Virus record (IMG/VR): IMGVR_UViG_3300020388_000022
Span: 1-54,917 of that record
Source: a virus
Taxonomy: Duplodnaviria > Caudoviricetes
Reading direction: 5' to 3' (one strand)
DNA length: 54,917 nucleotides
Positions within the stretch are counted from its first letter, which is position 1. Every line of letters starts with the position of its first letter. Position numbers and translations under genes: made by a program. Shown here piece by piece: positions 30,526-40,028 of the stretch. Below the pieces are notes generated by a model. The model was not told where the DNA came from. It worked only from the letters and a program-made list of their open reading frames with translations, and did not search any database.

Positions 30526-31460
30526 CAAACGAATTTTTATGGGTTGAAAAGTACAGACCTAACAAACTAGATGATATTGTACTACCCGCAAATCTCTACA
30601 AAACATTTGATGAAATGTTATCAAATGGAGAGATACAAAATATGTTGTTTACTGGTACAGCTGGTGTAGGTAAAACCACAGCAGCCAAAGCTATAGCAAA
30701 CATATTAAATTTAGATTATATAATAATCAATGGATCCGAAGAAGGTAACATAGACACGCTTAGAAATAAGATCAAACAATTTGCGTCAACAGTTTCTTTA
30801 TCGGGTGGGCACAAGCTGGTAATTTTAGATGAGGCTGATTATCTGAATCCGCAGTCCACCCAACCTGCATTACGTGGGTTTATAGAAGAATTTAGTGGCA
30901 ATTGTAGATTTATATTTACATGCAACTTTAAGAATCGTATTATTGAACCACTACATAGTAGATGTTCTGTAATTGATTTTTCTATACCAAAAGGCGATAA
31001 GCAAAGATTGGCTTCAGTCTTTATGGCAAGGTGTATGCATATATTAGATAGTGAAGGTGTCAAATATGATACACAAGTATTATCAGAATTTATTATCAAA
31101 TACTTTCCAGACTATCGTAGAATACTTAATGAGTTACAACGATATGGTCAAAGTGGTCAGATAGATACTGGAATTCTAGTAAACGTTTCTGACGTATCAA
31201 TAGAAACATTGGTTAATCATCTAAAGATTAAAGACTTTAAGAACATGCGTAAATGGGTTATTGAGAACATTGACATTGAACCAACAGCTATATTTAGAAA
31301 GCTTTATGATTCAATGAATGATTATGTAGACCCGCAATCAATTCCTCAGTTAGTTCTCATACTAGCTGATTATCAATATAAAGACAGTTTCGTTGCTGAT
31401 CATGAACTTAACATGGTTGCATGCTTAACTGAAGTAATGGCAGGTGTAAAATGGAAATAA
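30522..31460 (+). CDS. gp44: Clamp loader large subunit gp44
   Basis: LWVEKYRP, GTAGVGKTT, ILDEAD, PLHSRC; start MTNEFL at 30522. Confidence 0.95.
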   Translation: MTNEFLWVEKYRPNKLDDIVLPANLYKTFDEMLSNGEIQNMLFTGTAGVGKTTAAKAIANILNLDYIIINGSEEGNIDTLRNKIKQFASTVSLSGGHKLVILDEADYLNPQSTQPALRGFIEEFSGNCRFIFTCNFKNRIIEPLHSRCSVIDFSIPKGDKQRLASVFMARCMHILDSEGVKYDTQVLSEFIIKYFPDYRRILNELQRYGQSGQIDTGILVNVSDVSIETLVNHLKIKDFKNMRKWVIENIDIEPTAIFRKLYDSMNDYVDPQSIPQLVLILADYQYKDSFVADHELNMVACLTEVMAGVKWK

Positions 31461-31645
31461 TATTTCAAGCACTATTTATTATAGGTATGGCATACTTTGC
31501 TTATATGTCATGTCATGTAGTAGAAGAAAAAAAGAAAGGCAAATACATTCCATTACCATGGGAGAAAGATGGTTTCTTTAGAAAAACAAAAAAGAAAATA
31601 TTTGACAAAGCAAATATTCAATATCGTGATGGAGACAATACATGA
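31451..31645 (+). CDS. Small membrane-anchored hypothetical protein
   Basis: N-terminal hydrophobic helix; overlaps gp44 and gp62. Confidence 0.6.
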   Translation: MEIIFQALFIIGMAYFAYMSCHVVEEKKKGKYIPLPWEKDGFFRKTKKKIFDKANIQYRDGDNT

Positions 31646-32028
31646 ATCCATTTGAATATGTAAATGCAATCAATAAGACCAAGAAAGATGTTATGGTTGA
31701 TGATCTTGCAGAGAAAGAGTATAACCCGTTTATAATTAATCGTGCGTTATCTTTCTTTAGTGATACAATACTTTATGCTAACGAAATGAATAAGTATCAT
31801 CACCTAGACAACCGTCTTCAATTTGATTTTTTTATAAATATAATAAGAAGTAAAAATAGATTCTCCAAGTGGTTTAAACCAACTGAGATTGAGAATCTTG
31901 AGCTCATCAAACAACATTACGGCTACAGTAACGAAAAAGCTAAAGCCGTTTTATCTTTATTTAGTAATGATGATATTGACGAGTTAAAACAAAGGATGTA
32001 TAAAGGTGGAAGAACAAAATCAAATTAA
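31642..32028 (+). CDS. gp62: Clamp loader small subunit gp62
   Basis: YNPFIINRALS, ANEMN, RFSKW, YGYSNEKA. Confidence 0.92.
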   Translation: MNPFEYVNAINKTKKDVMVDDLAEKEYNPFIINRALSFFSDTILYANEMNKYHHLDNRLQFDFFINIIRSKNRFSKWFKPTEIENLELIKQHYGYSNEKAKAVLSLFSNDDIDELKQRMYKGGRTKSN

Positions 32029-32428
32029 TTGGTCCTCAAATGATATGCTCGAAGTATCATTGAATGAACCAGACGACTTTCTTAAAATACGAGAAACACT
32101 TACAAGAATAGGTGTAGCGTCACGTAAAGATCAAAAGTTATATCAGTCATGTCATATATTACATAAACAAGGCAGGTATTTTATAGTTCACTTCAAAGAA
32201 CTATTTCTATTAGATGGCAAACCAAGCAACCTAATGGAAAATGACTTACATCGTAGGAATACAATTGCTACGTTGTTAGCTGACTGGGGTTTAGTTAGTT
32301 TAATTAATCCAAGTCAAGTAACGGAATGTGCTCCATTGAGACAGATAAAGGTTATACCTTTTAAAGAGAAAACTCAATGGGAGCTATGTCCAAAATATAA
32401 TATAGGAAATACTCAAACTAAGGAGTAA
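32006..32428 (+). CDS. regA: Translational repressor RegA
   Basis: PDDFLKIRETLTRIGVAS, LYQSCHILHKQGRYFIVHFKELF. Confidence 0.96.
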   Translation: MEEQNQINWSSNDMLEVSLNEPDDFLKIRETLTRIGVASRKDQKLYQSCHILHKQGRYFIVHFKELFLLDGKPSNLMENDLHRRNTIATLLADWGLVSLINPSQVTECAPLRQIKVIPFKEKTQWELCPKYNIGNTQTKE

Positions 32429-32433
32429 ACCTG

Positions 32434-32504
32434 TATAAATATAATGAGGAATGCGGTATTGAACCGGTTCCCACAACCTTGCTATATAGGAGGAAATTAA
32501 AATG
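32434..32504 (+). promoter_or_regulatory. Late promoter plus ROSE-like RNA thermometer leader of hsp20
   Basis: TATAAATA 32434-32441; hairpin 32448-32471; CCUUGCU 32477-32483 can pair with SD AGGAGG 32488-32493. Confidence 0.6.
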
Positions 32505-32957
32505 GTAAGAAATACATTGAACGTACCACGTTCGTTATTCGTAGGCTTTGACAGCATATTTGATGATCTGGAAAGAATCCATCAGAGTGCTAGAACCGGA
32601 GCTGATAACTACCCACCACATAACATAGTTAAAATCGACGAGGAGAAATTCTTAATCGAGTTAGCAGTGGCAGGTTTTAGTAAAGACGATTTTGAAATAG
32701 AGTTGAAAGACGGTATTTTAAAAGTTAGAGCTGAAAAGAAAGAAGACGCGAGAGAATACGCATTTAAAGGTATCTCGTCCCGCAAATTTGAGAAGAGCTT
32801 CCGCCTCTCAGAATATTGCGTAATAGACGGTGCTGATTATCAAGATGGAATACTAGTAGTGTATGCTAGAGTAGAGATTCCTGATGAACAGCGTCCTAGG
32901 AAGATTCAAATAGGGTCTGCTGGGGCATCAACAAGAAAACAGTTCCTTAAAGGGTAA
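32502..32957 (+). CDS. Small heat-shock protein Hsp20 (IbpA-like)
   Basis: FVGFD, YPPHNI, IELAVAGF, KGISSRKF, DGIL, RPRKIQI. Confidence 0.95.
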   Translation: MVRNTLNVPRSLFVGFDSIFDDLERIHQSARTGADNYPPHNIVKIDEEKFLIELAVAGFSKDDFEIELKDGILKVRAEKKEDAREYAFKGISSRKFEKSFRLSEYCVIDGADYQDGILVVYARVEIPDEQRPRKIQIGSAGASTRKQFLKG

Positions 32958-33009
32958 TTGTTATATTAGAGAAAACTCAGTAGATTTAAAAATTTACTGG
33001 AGAAATGAA

Positions 33010-33138
33010 ATGAAACTTTTAATGACCATGGTGTCAGAAAGTTATGTGAAGGCTCTATTGGAATCACTGGAATTAGCATTGGTAGGACTAATTTGTTTAG
33101 TCACCGCACCTTTAATAATCTGGCTATCAACAATTTGA
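33010..33138 (+). CDS. 42-aa membrane peptide, not in ORF track
   Basis: MKLLMTMVSESYVKALLESLELALVGLICLVTAPLIIWLSTI; GGAG RBS. Confidence 0.5.
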   Translation: MKLLMTMVSESYVKALLESLELALVGLICLVTAPLIIWLSTI

Positions 33139-33155
33139 GCAACACAAAACAAACC

Positions 33156-33175
33156 GGGGTGGGTCAAACCACCCC
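33156..33175. terminator. GC-rich hairpin (terminator or stabiliser)
   Basis: GGGGTGG-gtcaaa-CCACCCC; U-rich tail only on the minus strand. Confidence 0.55.
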
Positions 33176-33190
33176 AACCTTAAATGAAAA

Positions 33191-33225
33191 AAACCGTTTA
33201 CATTTGCAGTAAACTGTGTTATAAT
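33191..33225 (+). promoter_or_regulatory. Early/middle promoter for gp43
   Basis: AAACCGTTTACA-17 nt-TATAAT, ending 7 nt before ATG. Confidence 0.82.
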
Positions 33226-33232
33226 ATATTAT

Positions 33233-35752
33233 ATGTCAAAGTTCTATACAAACATTTCACGATATGGAAATATGATCCTACTTCGTGGATATGAATACAA
33301 CAAAAAGATTACAGAAAAAATTAAATACGAACCTACTCTCTATGTGAGTACAAATCGTCCTACGACTTGGAAAGCCTTAGATGGTACACCAGTCAGTGAA
33401 GTCAATTTTGACTCCATGCGATCTGCAACCGAGTGGGTTAAAACAAATAAAGATACCGCCGGGCGTCATATCTTTGGTAACAACAGGTATATCTCAACTT
33501 TCATCAATGACTATTTTCCAGGTCAGATCGAGTTTGATCGTAACAAAATAAATGTTACTACGATCGATATCGAAGTTGCGTCAGATGATGGCTTTCCAGA
33601 GCCAGATAAAGCTGAGAATCCTGTTATCTCTATTGCGACTAAAAACAATATTGATAATACTTACCATGTATGGGGCCTTGGTGAGTATGATGTAGAAAAA
33701 TCTCTAATGAAAACTCATAGAGTTGTGTATCACAGATATCACTCAGAGGCTGACTTACTGATTAACTTCATTACATTTATATCTCAACCGTCTATGATGC
33801 CAGACGTTATTACAGGTTGGAATACTAGATTCTTTGATGTTCCTTACTTAGTAAATAGAATACACAAATTGCTCGGTGAAGCATATGTTAAAAGACTAAG
33901 TCCATGGGGTCAGATAGAACGTAGAGATGTTACGGCCATGGGTAGAACACAAACATCCTATGAGCTGAAAGGTATTTCTAACTTAGATTACCTTGACCTA
34001 TTCAAGAAGTTTGGATACTCTTATGGCCCACAAGAATCCTATAAGTTAGATCATATTGCTCATGTTGTTCTTGGTGAAAAGAAACTAAGCTATAAAGAAT
34101 ATGGTTCCTTACATACTCTATACAAACACAACTACCAAAAGTTTATTGACTATAATATTAAAGACGTAGAGTTGGTTGATCGCATTGAAGATAAGATGGG
34201 ACTAATTACTCTTTGCATGACAATGGCTTATAAAGGTGGTGTAAACTATAATGACACATTTGGTACAACTGCAATATGGGACACTATCATATATCGTAAG
34301 TTGCATGAAAACAAAATCGTTGTACCTTTCATAGAAGATAAGGTCAAGACACATTACCCTGGTGGTTATGTTAAAGACCCACACGTTGGTATACATGAGA
34401 ACCTTGTCAGCTTTGACTTGAATTCACTATACCCTTCTATTATTATGCAATACAATATGTCACCAGAAACTATTGCTGAAGGTGAACTATCTAAAGTTGA
34501 CATAGAAGAAGTACTCACTAAATCTCAAAGACCAGATAATCATGGTAAAGCTTTGGCTGCCAATGGTCAGATATTCAATACGAATAAGGTTGGAATCATT
34601 CCTTTAATTATTGACGAGATGTATCAAGAACGTGTTGGTATAAAAGATGATATGATTACAGCTCAAAAAGAATTACAGAAGGTAGATAAGAATGACAAAC
34701 AAAAACTATATGAAATCGAACGAGACATCTCTATTGCAGAGAACAGACAAATGTCTATCAAGATATTGCTTAACTCTCTTTATGGTGCTCTTGGTAATAG
34801 GTACTTTCGTTTCTTCGATCAACGAGTGGCAGAAGCCGTTACCCTTACAGGACAACTTACAATACGATGGGCCGAATATGCACTTAATACCTACCTCAAT
34901 AAAGCAATGCGAACTGAGAAATGGAAAGACTTTGTTGTCGCCATCGATACCGACTCGTTGTATGTATGCCTAGACGACCTGGTACAAGCAATCAAACCTA
35001 ATAATACAATTGACTTCCTAGATAAAGTGTCATCTGAAAAGCTAGAGCAAGTATTGGCTCAAGCCTATGACGAACTATATGGAATGTTTGGTGGTGTATC
35101 TAATCGTATGGTTATGAAACGAGAAGTGATTGCCGATCGTGGTATTTGGACAGCCAAGAAAAGATACATACTCAATGTACTAGATAATGAAGGTGTTCGC
35201 TATGCCAAACCTAAACTTAAAGTTATGGGTATTGAAGCAATCAAGAGTTCTACACCAGAACCATGTCGTGATGCACTCAAACAAATATTTAAAGTTATCA
35301 TGTCCGAGAATGAAGTAGAAGTTCAAAAGGCAATAGAACAATTTAAGAACTATTTCAAAACTCTTGAGCCTAATGCTATTGCATTTCCAAGAGGTGCATC
35401 CAAAGTAAAAGAATACAGAGATGCTAGTAGTATATACAAGAAAGGTACACCGATGCATATTCGTGCAGCCTTACTCTACAATAGAATGATACAAGACTTA
35501 TCGTTGTCCAAGAAATATACTCAAATCAAAAATGGTGACAAGATTAAATTCATGTATCTTCGTACACCAAACGCAATCAAAGAAAATGTAATTGGCTTTG
35601 TTGACTTTCTACCAGAGGAATTTAACTTGCATAAATACATAGACTACGAACTACAATTCCAGAAAACATTTCTGGATCCAATAGAACCGATACTCGATGC
35701 TGTTGGTTGGAGTTCGGAAGAAGTAAATACCCTGGAGGATTTCTTTGGGTAA
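33233..35752 (+). CDS. gp43: Family B DNA polymerase gp43
   Basis: DIEV exonuclease, SFDLNSLYPS, KILLNSLYGALGN, DTDS, KKRY; C-terminal clamp motif LEDFFG. Confidence 0.97.
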   Translation: MSKFYTNISRYGNMILLRGYEYNKKITEKIKYEPTLYVSTNRPTTWKALDGTPVSEVNFDSMRSATEWVKTNKDTAGRHIFGNNRYISTFINDYFPGQIEFDRNKINVTTIDIEVASDDGFPEPDKAENPVISIATKNNIDNTYHVWGLGEYDVEKSLMKTHRVVYHRYHSEADLLINFITFISQPSMMPDVITGWNTRFFDVPYLVNRIHKLLGEAYVKRLSPWGQIERRDVTAMGRTQTSYELKGISNLDYLDLFKKFGYSYGPQESYKLDHIAHVVLGEKKLSYKEYGSLHTLYKHNYQKFIDYNIKDVELVDRIEDKMGLITLCMTMAYKGGVNYNDTFGTTAIWDTIIYRKLHENKIVVPFIEDKVKTHYPGGYVKDPHVGIHENLVSFDLNSLYPSIIMQYNMSPETIAEGELSKVDIEEVLTKSQRPDNHGKALAANGQIFNTNKVGIIPLIIDEMYQERVGIKDDMITAQKELQKVDKNDKQKLYEIERDISIAENRQMSIKILLNSLYGALGNRYFRFFDQRVAEAVTLTGQLTIRWAEYALNTYLNKAMRTEKWKDFVVAIDTDSLYVCLDDLVQAIKPNNTIDFLDKVSSEKLEQVLAQAYDELYGMFGGVSNRMVMKREVIADRGIWTAKKRYILNVLDNEGVRYAKPKLKVMGIEAIKSSTPEPCRDALKQIFKVIMSENEVEVQKAIEQFKNYFKTLEPNAIAFPRGASKVKEYRDASSIYKKGTPMHIRAALLYNRMIQDLSLSKKYTQIKNGDKIKFMYLRTPNAIKENVIGFVDFLPEEFNLHKYIDYELQFQKTFLDPIEPILDAVGWSSEEVNTLEDFFG

Positions 35753-35760
35753 GAAAACAG

Positions 35761-35789
35761 TTTACAAATACAGTAAAGTGTGTTATAAT
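35761..35789 (+). promoter_or_regulatory. Early/middle promoter
   Basis: TTTACA-17 nt-TATAAT with TGTG extension. Confidence 0.8.
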
Positions 35790-35809
35790 ATATCAATTAT
35801 GGAGAAAAA

Positions 35810-36106
35810 ATGAAGAACGTACAATTAATAAGATTAACATCTGGAGAAGAACTTCTAACAGATGTCGACCTAAATGGTATTGATACAGAGACAGTTATTT
35901 TAAAAGATGCTCTTTGTCTTATACCAGCAGGTGAAGGTAAGATAGGATTTATGCCTTTCATGCCATACACAAAAGCGAAAGATGGCTTAGAACTAGATAT
36001 GAAGCATATTATGTTTATGGTAGAACCAAACGATATGCTATTAGAACAACATAGGAATGCTACTTCAGAACTAGCAGTTCCAGCAGAAAAGAAGATTATA
36101 ACATGA
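35810..36106 (+). CDS. Conserved hypothetical protein (small beta-barrel)
   Basis: LIRLTSGEELL and PFMPY; resembles ORF 20857. Confidence 0.7.
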   Translation: MKNVQLIRLTSGEELLTDVDLNGIDTETVILKDALCLIPAGEGKIGFMPFMPYTKAKDGLELDMKHIMFMVEPNDMLLEQHRNATSELAVPAEKKIIT

Positions 36107-36513
36107 GTAAAGACTGGGTAAAAGATATTGAACTAATGCACGATAAGTATGGAGTTAAAACATGGATGGAAGATCATAAAAACGATTCAGACAGACTACG
36201 TAAGTATCTTGAGTTTAGAATCAACTTCATAAAAGAAGAATTTGATGAAACAGAAGCAGCTTTAATTAATATGGATGCTGAAGAAATCGTCGATGGTCTT
36301 ATTGACTTATGTGTTGTTGCAATAGGTACTCTTGATGCATTTGGAATTGATCCATATAAAGCATGGGACGAAGTACTCTATGCGAACATGAGAAAGAATG
36401 TAGGTGTTAAACCAGAAAGACCTAATCCAATGGGGTTGCCTGATTTAGTTAAACCAGACGATTGGGAAGCACCTTCACATAAAGGTAACTATGGTAAGCT
36501 TAACAATATTTGA
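36103..36513 (+). CDS. All-alpha NTP pyrophosphohydrolase (PRA-PH/MazG-like)
   Basis: FIKEEFDE, EEIVDGLIDL, VLYANM, KPDDWEAP. Confidence 0.8.
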   Translation: MSKDWVKDIELMHDKYGVKTWMEDHKNDSDRLRKYLEFRINFIKEEFDETEAALINMDAEEIVDGLIDLCVVAIGTLDAFGIDPYKAWDEVLYANMRKNVGVKPERPNPMGLPDLVKPDDWEAPSHKGNYGKLNNI

Positions 36514-37408
36514 TTCGATATACGATAATAAAACAAATAAGAGAATGAACTATAACTCATTTGATGAGTTTGAACAAGTCTTATATAAATTATCCGAATC
36601 AACAAAATATCCAACCAAGAAAGATGCACCGCTTATAAGTCCAGCTACATATATACCCGATACAACTCGAGGTAATGATAATGTATTAGGTTGGGGTATG
36701 TGGTGTGCTCTTGATATAGATGATTTTGATGGTGATATTGAACAGATTAAAAAAGCTTATGGTGACTATAGATTTGTATGTTATTCAACAGCATCTTCTA
36801 CAAAGAAGCAACCAAAGTTTAGATTGGTCTTTCCATTAAACAAAGATGTTGATAAAGAAAAGATTAAACATTTTTGGTTTGCACTAAACAAAGAAGTCGG
36901 TGATGTCGCCGATGCACAAACAAAAGACTTATCAAGAATGTATTATGTACCAGCTAAGTATGAAAATGCATTTAACTTTATCTTTTCACAAGATGGTAAT
37001 ATCATGGATCCAGACTTTCTTATGGACAAACATCCTTATGTAGTTCCTAACGAAAACTTCTTTGATAGATTACCTGAAGCAATTAAGAAAGGATTAATTG
37101 AGCATCGTAAAGGTCAACTCAATAACACAAACTATACTTGGAACAATTATCACGATTGCCCTTTTGTTAATCAAAAGCAAGTAGATGAATATAAAACAAT
37201 CAATGGCACAGGTTGGTATGCAAAGATGTATCAGATCATGTGTACAATTGCAGGTAATGCTATGGGTAAAGGTTATCCAATCACCGCAAGAGAAGTAGAG
37301 TATCTTTGTAGAGAACTCGACGGTGATACCGGCAATTGGTATCTCAAACGAGATATGTATAAAGAAGCTGAAAGAGCAATTGAGTTTATCTTTAGAAATA
37401 ATATATAA
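36491..37408 (+). CDS. Archaeo-eukaryotic primase (AEP)-like protein
   Basis: ALDIDD, YSTASS, PKFRLVFPL, D.QTKDLSRMYYVP; helical C-terminal domain. Confidence 0.7.
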   Translation: MVSLTIFDSIYDNKTNKRMNYNSFDEFEQVLYKLSESTKYPTKKDAPLISPATYIPDTTRGNDNVLGWGMWCALDIDDFDGDIEQIKKAYGDYRFVCYSTASSTKKQPKFRLVFPLNKDVDKEKIKHFWFALNKEVGDVADAQTKDLSRMYYVPAKYENAFNFIFSQDGNIMDPDFLMDKHPYVVPNENFFDRLPEAIKKGLIEHRKGQLNNTNYTWNNYHDCPFVNQKQVDEYKTINGTGWYAKMYQIMCTIAGNAMGKGYPITAREVEYLCRELDGDTGNWYLKRDMYKEAERAIEFIFRNNI

Positions 37409-37423
37409 ATATAGGAGAGAATT

Positions 37424-37687
37424 ATGAAAATGTTAGCAGATAATGTATTGGTAACAGAGGTACCAACTGAAAGTAAAAGTACTGGTGGTATTATATTAAC
37501 CGAATCAATAGACAATGCAAGTAAACCAGGATTGGTTTTAGCTGTAGGTTCAGGTGCAAATGGTCAAATTCAAAGTGGACAAAGAGTCTTTCTTGAGTGG
37601 GGCGAAGCAATGCCAGTCAATGTAGAAGGCAAAGCCGCCGTCATAATTAAATCTGAATATATCAGAGCAATTATAGGAGAAGAATAA
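37424..37687 (+). CDS. groES: GroES-like co-chaperonin
   Basis: LADNVLV, mobile loop ESKSTGGIIL, GLVLAVGSG; late promoter at 37404-37411. Confidence 0.88.
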   Translation: MKMLADNVLVTEVPTESKSTGGIILTESIDNASKPGLVLAVGSGANGQIQSGQRVFLEWGEAMPVNVEGKAAVIIKSEYIRAIIGEE

Positions 37688-38106
37688 TGTACAGATATAA
37701 AGTAGAAGTCACAAGAATCGTAGATGGAGATACAGTTGATGTAGACCTAGACCTAGGATTTGGAATGGTTTATAAAAAGCAAAGAGTAAGAATGATGGGT
37801 ATTGATACTCCAGAATCTCGTACTCGTGATTTAGAAGAAAAATTTTATGGTAAGCAATCAAAGGCTAACCTCATTAAAATATTAGATGGCAAAGAGGTAC
37901 AATTAATATCTCACGATAAGGGTAAGTTTGGTAGAATACTAGGTGAACTCTTTATTGGTGATTCAGTGTATAGTGTTAATCAACAACAAATAGATGAGCA
38001 TCATGCAGTACCATACTTCGGTCAATCCAAAGACGACACAGAACAGGGTCATCTATGGAACAGAGCTGCACTAAATGAACAAGGTATCATTTACGAAGCA
38101 AAATAA
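37687..38106 (+). CDS. Thermonuclease (SNase-like)
   Basis: RIVDGDTVD, RVRMMGIDTPES, GKFGRILG. Confidence 0.9.
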   Translation: MYRYKVEVTRIVDGDTVDVDLDLGFGMVYKKQRVRMMGIDTPESRTRDLEEKFYGKQSKANLIKILDGKEVQLISHDKGKFGRILGELFIGDSVYSVNQQQIDEHHAVPYFGQSKDDTEQGHLWNRAALNEQGIIYEAK

Positions 38107-38111
38107 AACAG

Positions 38112-38140
38112 TTTACATTTGCTTAAAAATGTGTTATAAT
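38112..38140 (+). promoter_or_regulatory. Early/middle promoter heading the DNA-modification cluster
   Basis: TTTACA-17 nt-TATAAT with TGTG extension. Confidence 0.8.
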
Positions 38141-38163
38141 AGAATAATTATTATGGAGATATT

Positions 38164-38496
38164 ATGAAAGAATCATTAAAAGTGTTACAAGAATGTGCAG
38201 AGCTTCAAGCTAAGAAATCACAAGACTATCAAAGTGACGAATCAACTGTTACTCAAGCCATGCATTATCGTAGAGGTGTAGATACCATACACGATATTAT
38301 TCTCGGTAAAGTTGTTCGTGCAACATCATTATTAGAATCAGGCAATGAACCTAACTTTGAAAGCATAGAAGATACTTATAAAGATATGATTAACTATTGT
38401 TCTTTTGCAGTTGCTTATGCCAGAGGTAAAATGGAAGGTCAAGACCCTAACAGAGATATGTTTAACAAGAAGGTGAAAGATGTATCGGATCAGTAA
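38164..38496 (+). CDS. Nucleotide-modification-associated domain protein (Nmad1/DUF1599-like)
   Basis: LQAKKSQDY...K..R...ESIEDTYKDMINY pattern; adjacent to gp42. Confidence 0.65.
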   Translation: MKESLKVLQECAELQAKKSQDYQSDESTVTQAMHYRRGVDTIHDIILGKVVRATSLLESGNEPNFESIEDTYKDMINYCSFAVAYARGKMEGQDPNRDMFNKKVKDVSDQ

Positions 38497-39157
38497 TACA
38501 GAAGATATCGCAAATGTTTTTAGAAATCACTTAACTGCTGAAAACTTTGTGCAAGATAAAACTGGTGTAAAAACCATTGAGATCATTGGTGCTAATTTTG
38601 TTGCTGATAAACCAGCAATCTTTGGTGAACCAAATGAAGAATACATTGAGCAAGAGTTGCGTTGGTATGATTCTAAATCTACTAACATTAATGATATATA
38701 CGAAGATAGAGAACCACCACAAGCATGGCAATATTCAGCAAACAAACATGGTGAAATCAATTCTAATTATGGCCATTTGATTTGGTCTAGTAAATACTAT
38801 AATCAATACAATAAAGTATTAAACGAGTTGCTCGAGAATCCAAATTCACGTAGAGCATGTATGGTTTATAATCGACCTAGTATATGGAAAGAATACAAAG
38901 AAAATGGCAAGAATGATTTTATTTGCACAAATGCTGTAACATATTATATTAGACATAATACATTACATGCAACTGTACAAATGAGAAGTAATGATGTGAT
39001 GTTTGGTTATAGAAACGATTATGCTTGGCAAAAACATGTGTTTGATATGCTAAGAGACGATTTGTATTATCAAGGAGTACCACTAGAACCTGGCCATATT
39101 CATTGGCAAGTTCAAAATCTACATGTTTATGAGAGGCACTTCGACCTAGTTAAATGA
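38480..39157 (+). CDS. gp42: dCMP hydroxymethylase (gp42, thymidylate-synthase fold)
   Basis: DKTGVKTIEIIGA, EINSNYG, DFICTN (catalytic Cys), MRSNDVMFGYRNDYAWQ (Asp at the dCMP-specificity position), LHVYERHF. Confidence 0.88.
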   Translation: MYRISNTEDIANVFRNHLTAENFVQDKTGVKTIEIIGANFVADKPAIFGEPNEEYIEQELRWYDSKSTNINDIYEDREPPQAWQYSANKHGEINSNYGHLIWSSKYYNQYNKVLNELLENPNSRRACMVYNRPSIWKEYKENGKNDFICTNAVTYYIRHNTLHATVQMRSNDVMFGYRNDYAWQKHVFDMLRDDLYYQGVPLEPGHIHWQVQNLHVYERHFDLVK

Positions 39158-39333
39158 AACAATTGTGGCACGATTACATGGGCAATTCAAAAGAATGGCA
39201 AGATTCATCTACAGGGTGGGTTAACACTATGACCAAATCAAAAGAAAACAAAGAAGAATACAAAAAGTATTTAGAAGTAACAAAAGATCCAATCCCTTAT
39301 AGAGATTGGTTAAGGGAGATATATGTGGGATAA
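39154..39333 (+). CDS. 59-aa hypothetical protein, not in ORF track
   Basis: MKQLWHDYMGNSKEWQDSSTGWV...; ATGA overlap with gp42. Confidence 0.55.
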   Translation: MKQLWHDYMGNSKEWQDSSTGWVNTMTKSKENKEEYKKYLEVTKDPIPYRDWLREIYVG

Positions 39334-39751
39334 AAGATATATTGGTTTAGCCAAACACATTGCTACCTGGAGTAAAGACCCAAGTACAAAGATTGGTGCA
39401 GTTGCAATTGGTGAAAAAGGCCAAGTACTTGCACAAGGATATAATGGATTCCCTAGAGGTATTACTGATTCTGACGATAGGCTAATGGATAGAGAAACAA
39501 AATACAAATATGTAGTTCATGCAGAAATGAATTGCATATATAATGCTACATATAATGGAGTATCACTTCAAGGTGCTACGATATATATTTATGGTTTACC
39601 CGTTTGTCATGAATGTGCAAAGGGATTAATCCAAGTCGGAATAAAAAGAGTAGTATATAAGTCCGATATGATTCCAGCAAAATGGGCAGAAAGTAATAAA
39701 CAAACAATAGAATTATTTAGTGAGGCAGACATTAGCTATGAGCGCATTTGA
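39323..39751 (+). CDS. cd: dCMP deaminase
   Basis: SKDPSTKIGA, GYNGFPRG, HAEMN, PVCHEC. Confidence 0.93.
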   Translation: MWDKRYIGLAKHIATWSKDPSTKIGAVAIGEKGQVLAQGYNGFPRGITDSDDRLMDRETKYKYVVHAEMNCIYNATYNGVSLQGATIYIYGLPVCHECAKGLIQVGIKRVVYKSDMIPAKWAESNKQTIELFSEADISYERI

Positions 39752-40028
39752 TCCAAAAGAAATACAAAACAGTAAAAGAATTTTTAAATCAGCAACACCA
39801 AAGTATGATATAAGTTGGTATATAAAATGGATAGCATCTATTTTTATTTTATGCGCACTATCAGTGAGAGGTGTTGATGGCTACCAGATGTATGATTTAA
39901 TATTATCTATCTTTGGTATTGCAGGCTGGCTAATAGTTTCAATCTTATGGAAAGATAGAGCTCTATTAGTATTAAATGGTGTTGGCCTTATCTTTTTATT
40001 AAGAAATCTATTTACTGTTTTAGCATGA
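39738..40028 (+). CDS. Small multi-pass membrane protein (DUF6552-like)
   Basis: Three hydrophobic segments; WYIKWIAS, WKDRALLVLN. Confidence 0.65.
   Translation: MSAFDPKEIQNSKRIFKSATPKYDISWYIKWIASIFILCALSVRGVDGYQMYDLILSIFGIAGWLIVSILWKDRALLVLNGVGLIFLLRNLFTVLA

Noticed and set aside
31833-31840. Intragenic TATAAATA copies (31833, 52505)
   Set aside because: They could be real internal late promoters, but chance matches are likely in AT-rich coding DNA, so they were not called.
33233-35752. Inteins or introns in gp43, gp17, gp41, uvsX or uvsW
   Set aside because: ORFs are continuous and of ordinary length, with no splicing or homing-endonuclease motifs noticed.
38480-39157. Ordinary thymidylate synthase or dUMP hydroxymethylase
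   Set aside because: The FGYRNDYAW Asp and overall gp42-like motifs, plus adjacent hmC glycosyltransferases, favour a dCMP substrate; a dCMP hydroxylase variant cannot be fully excluded.
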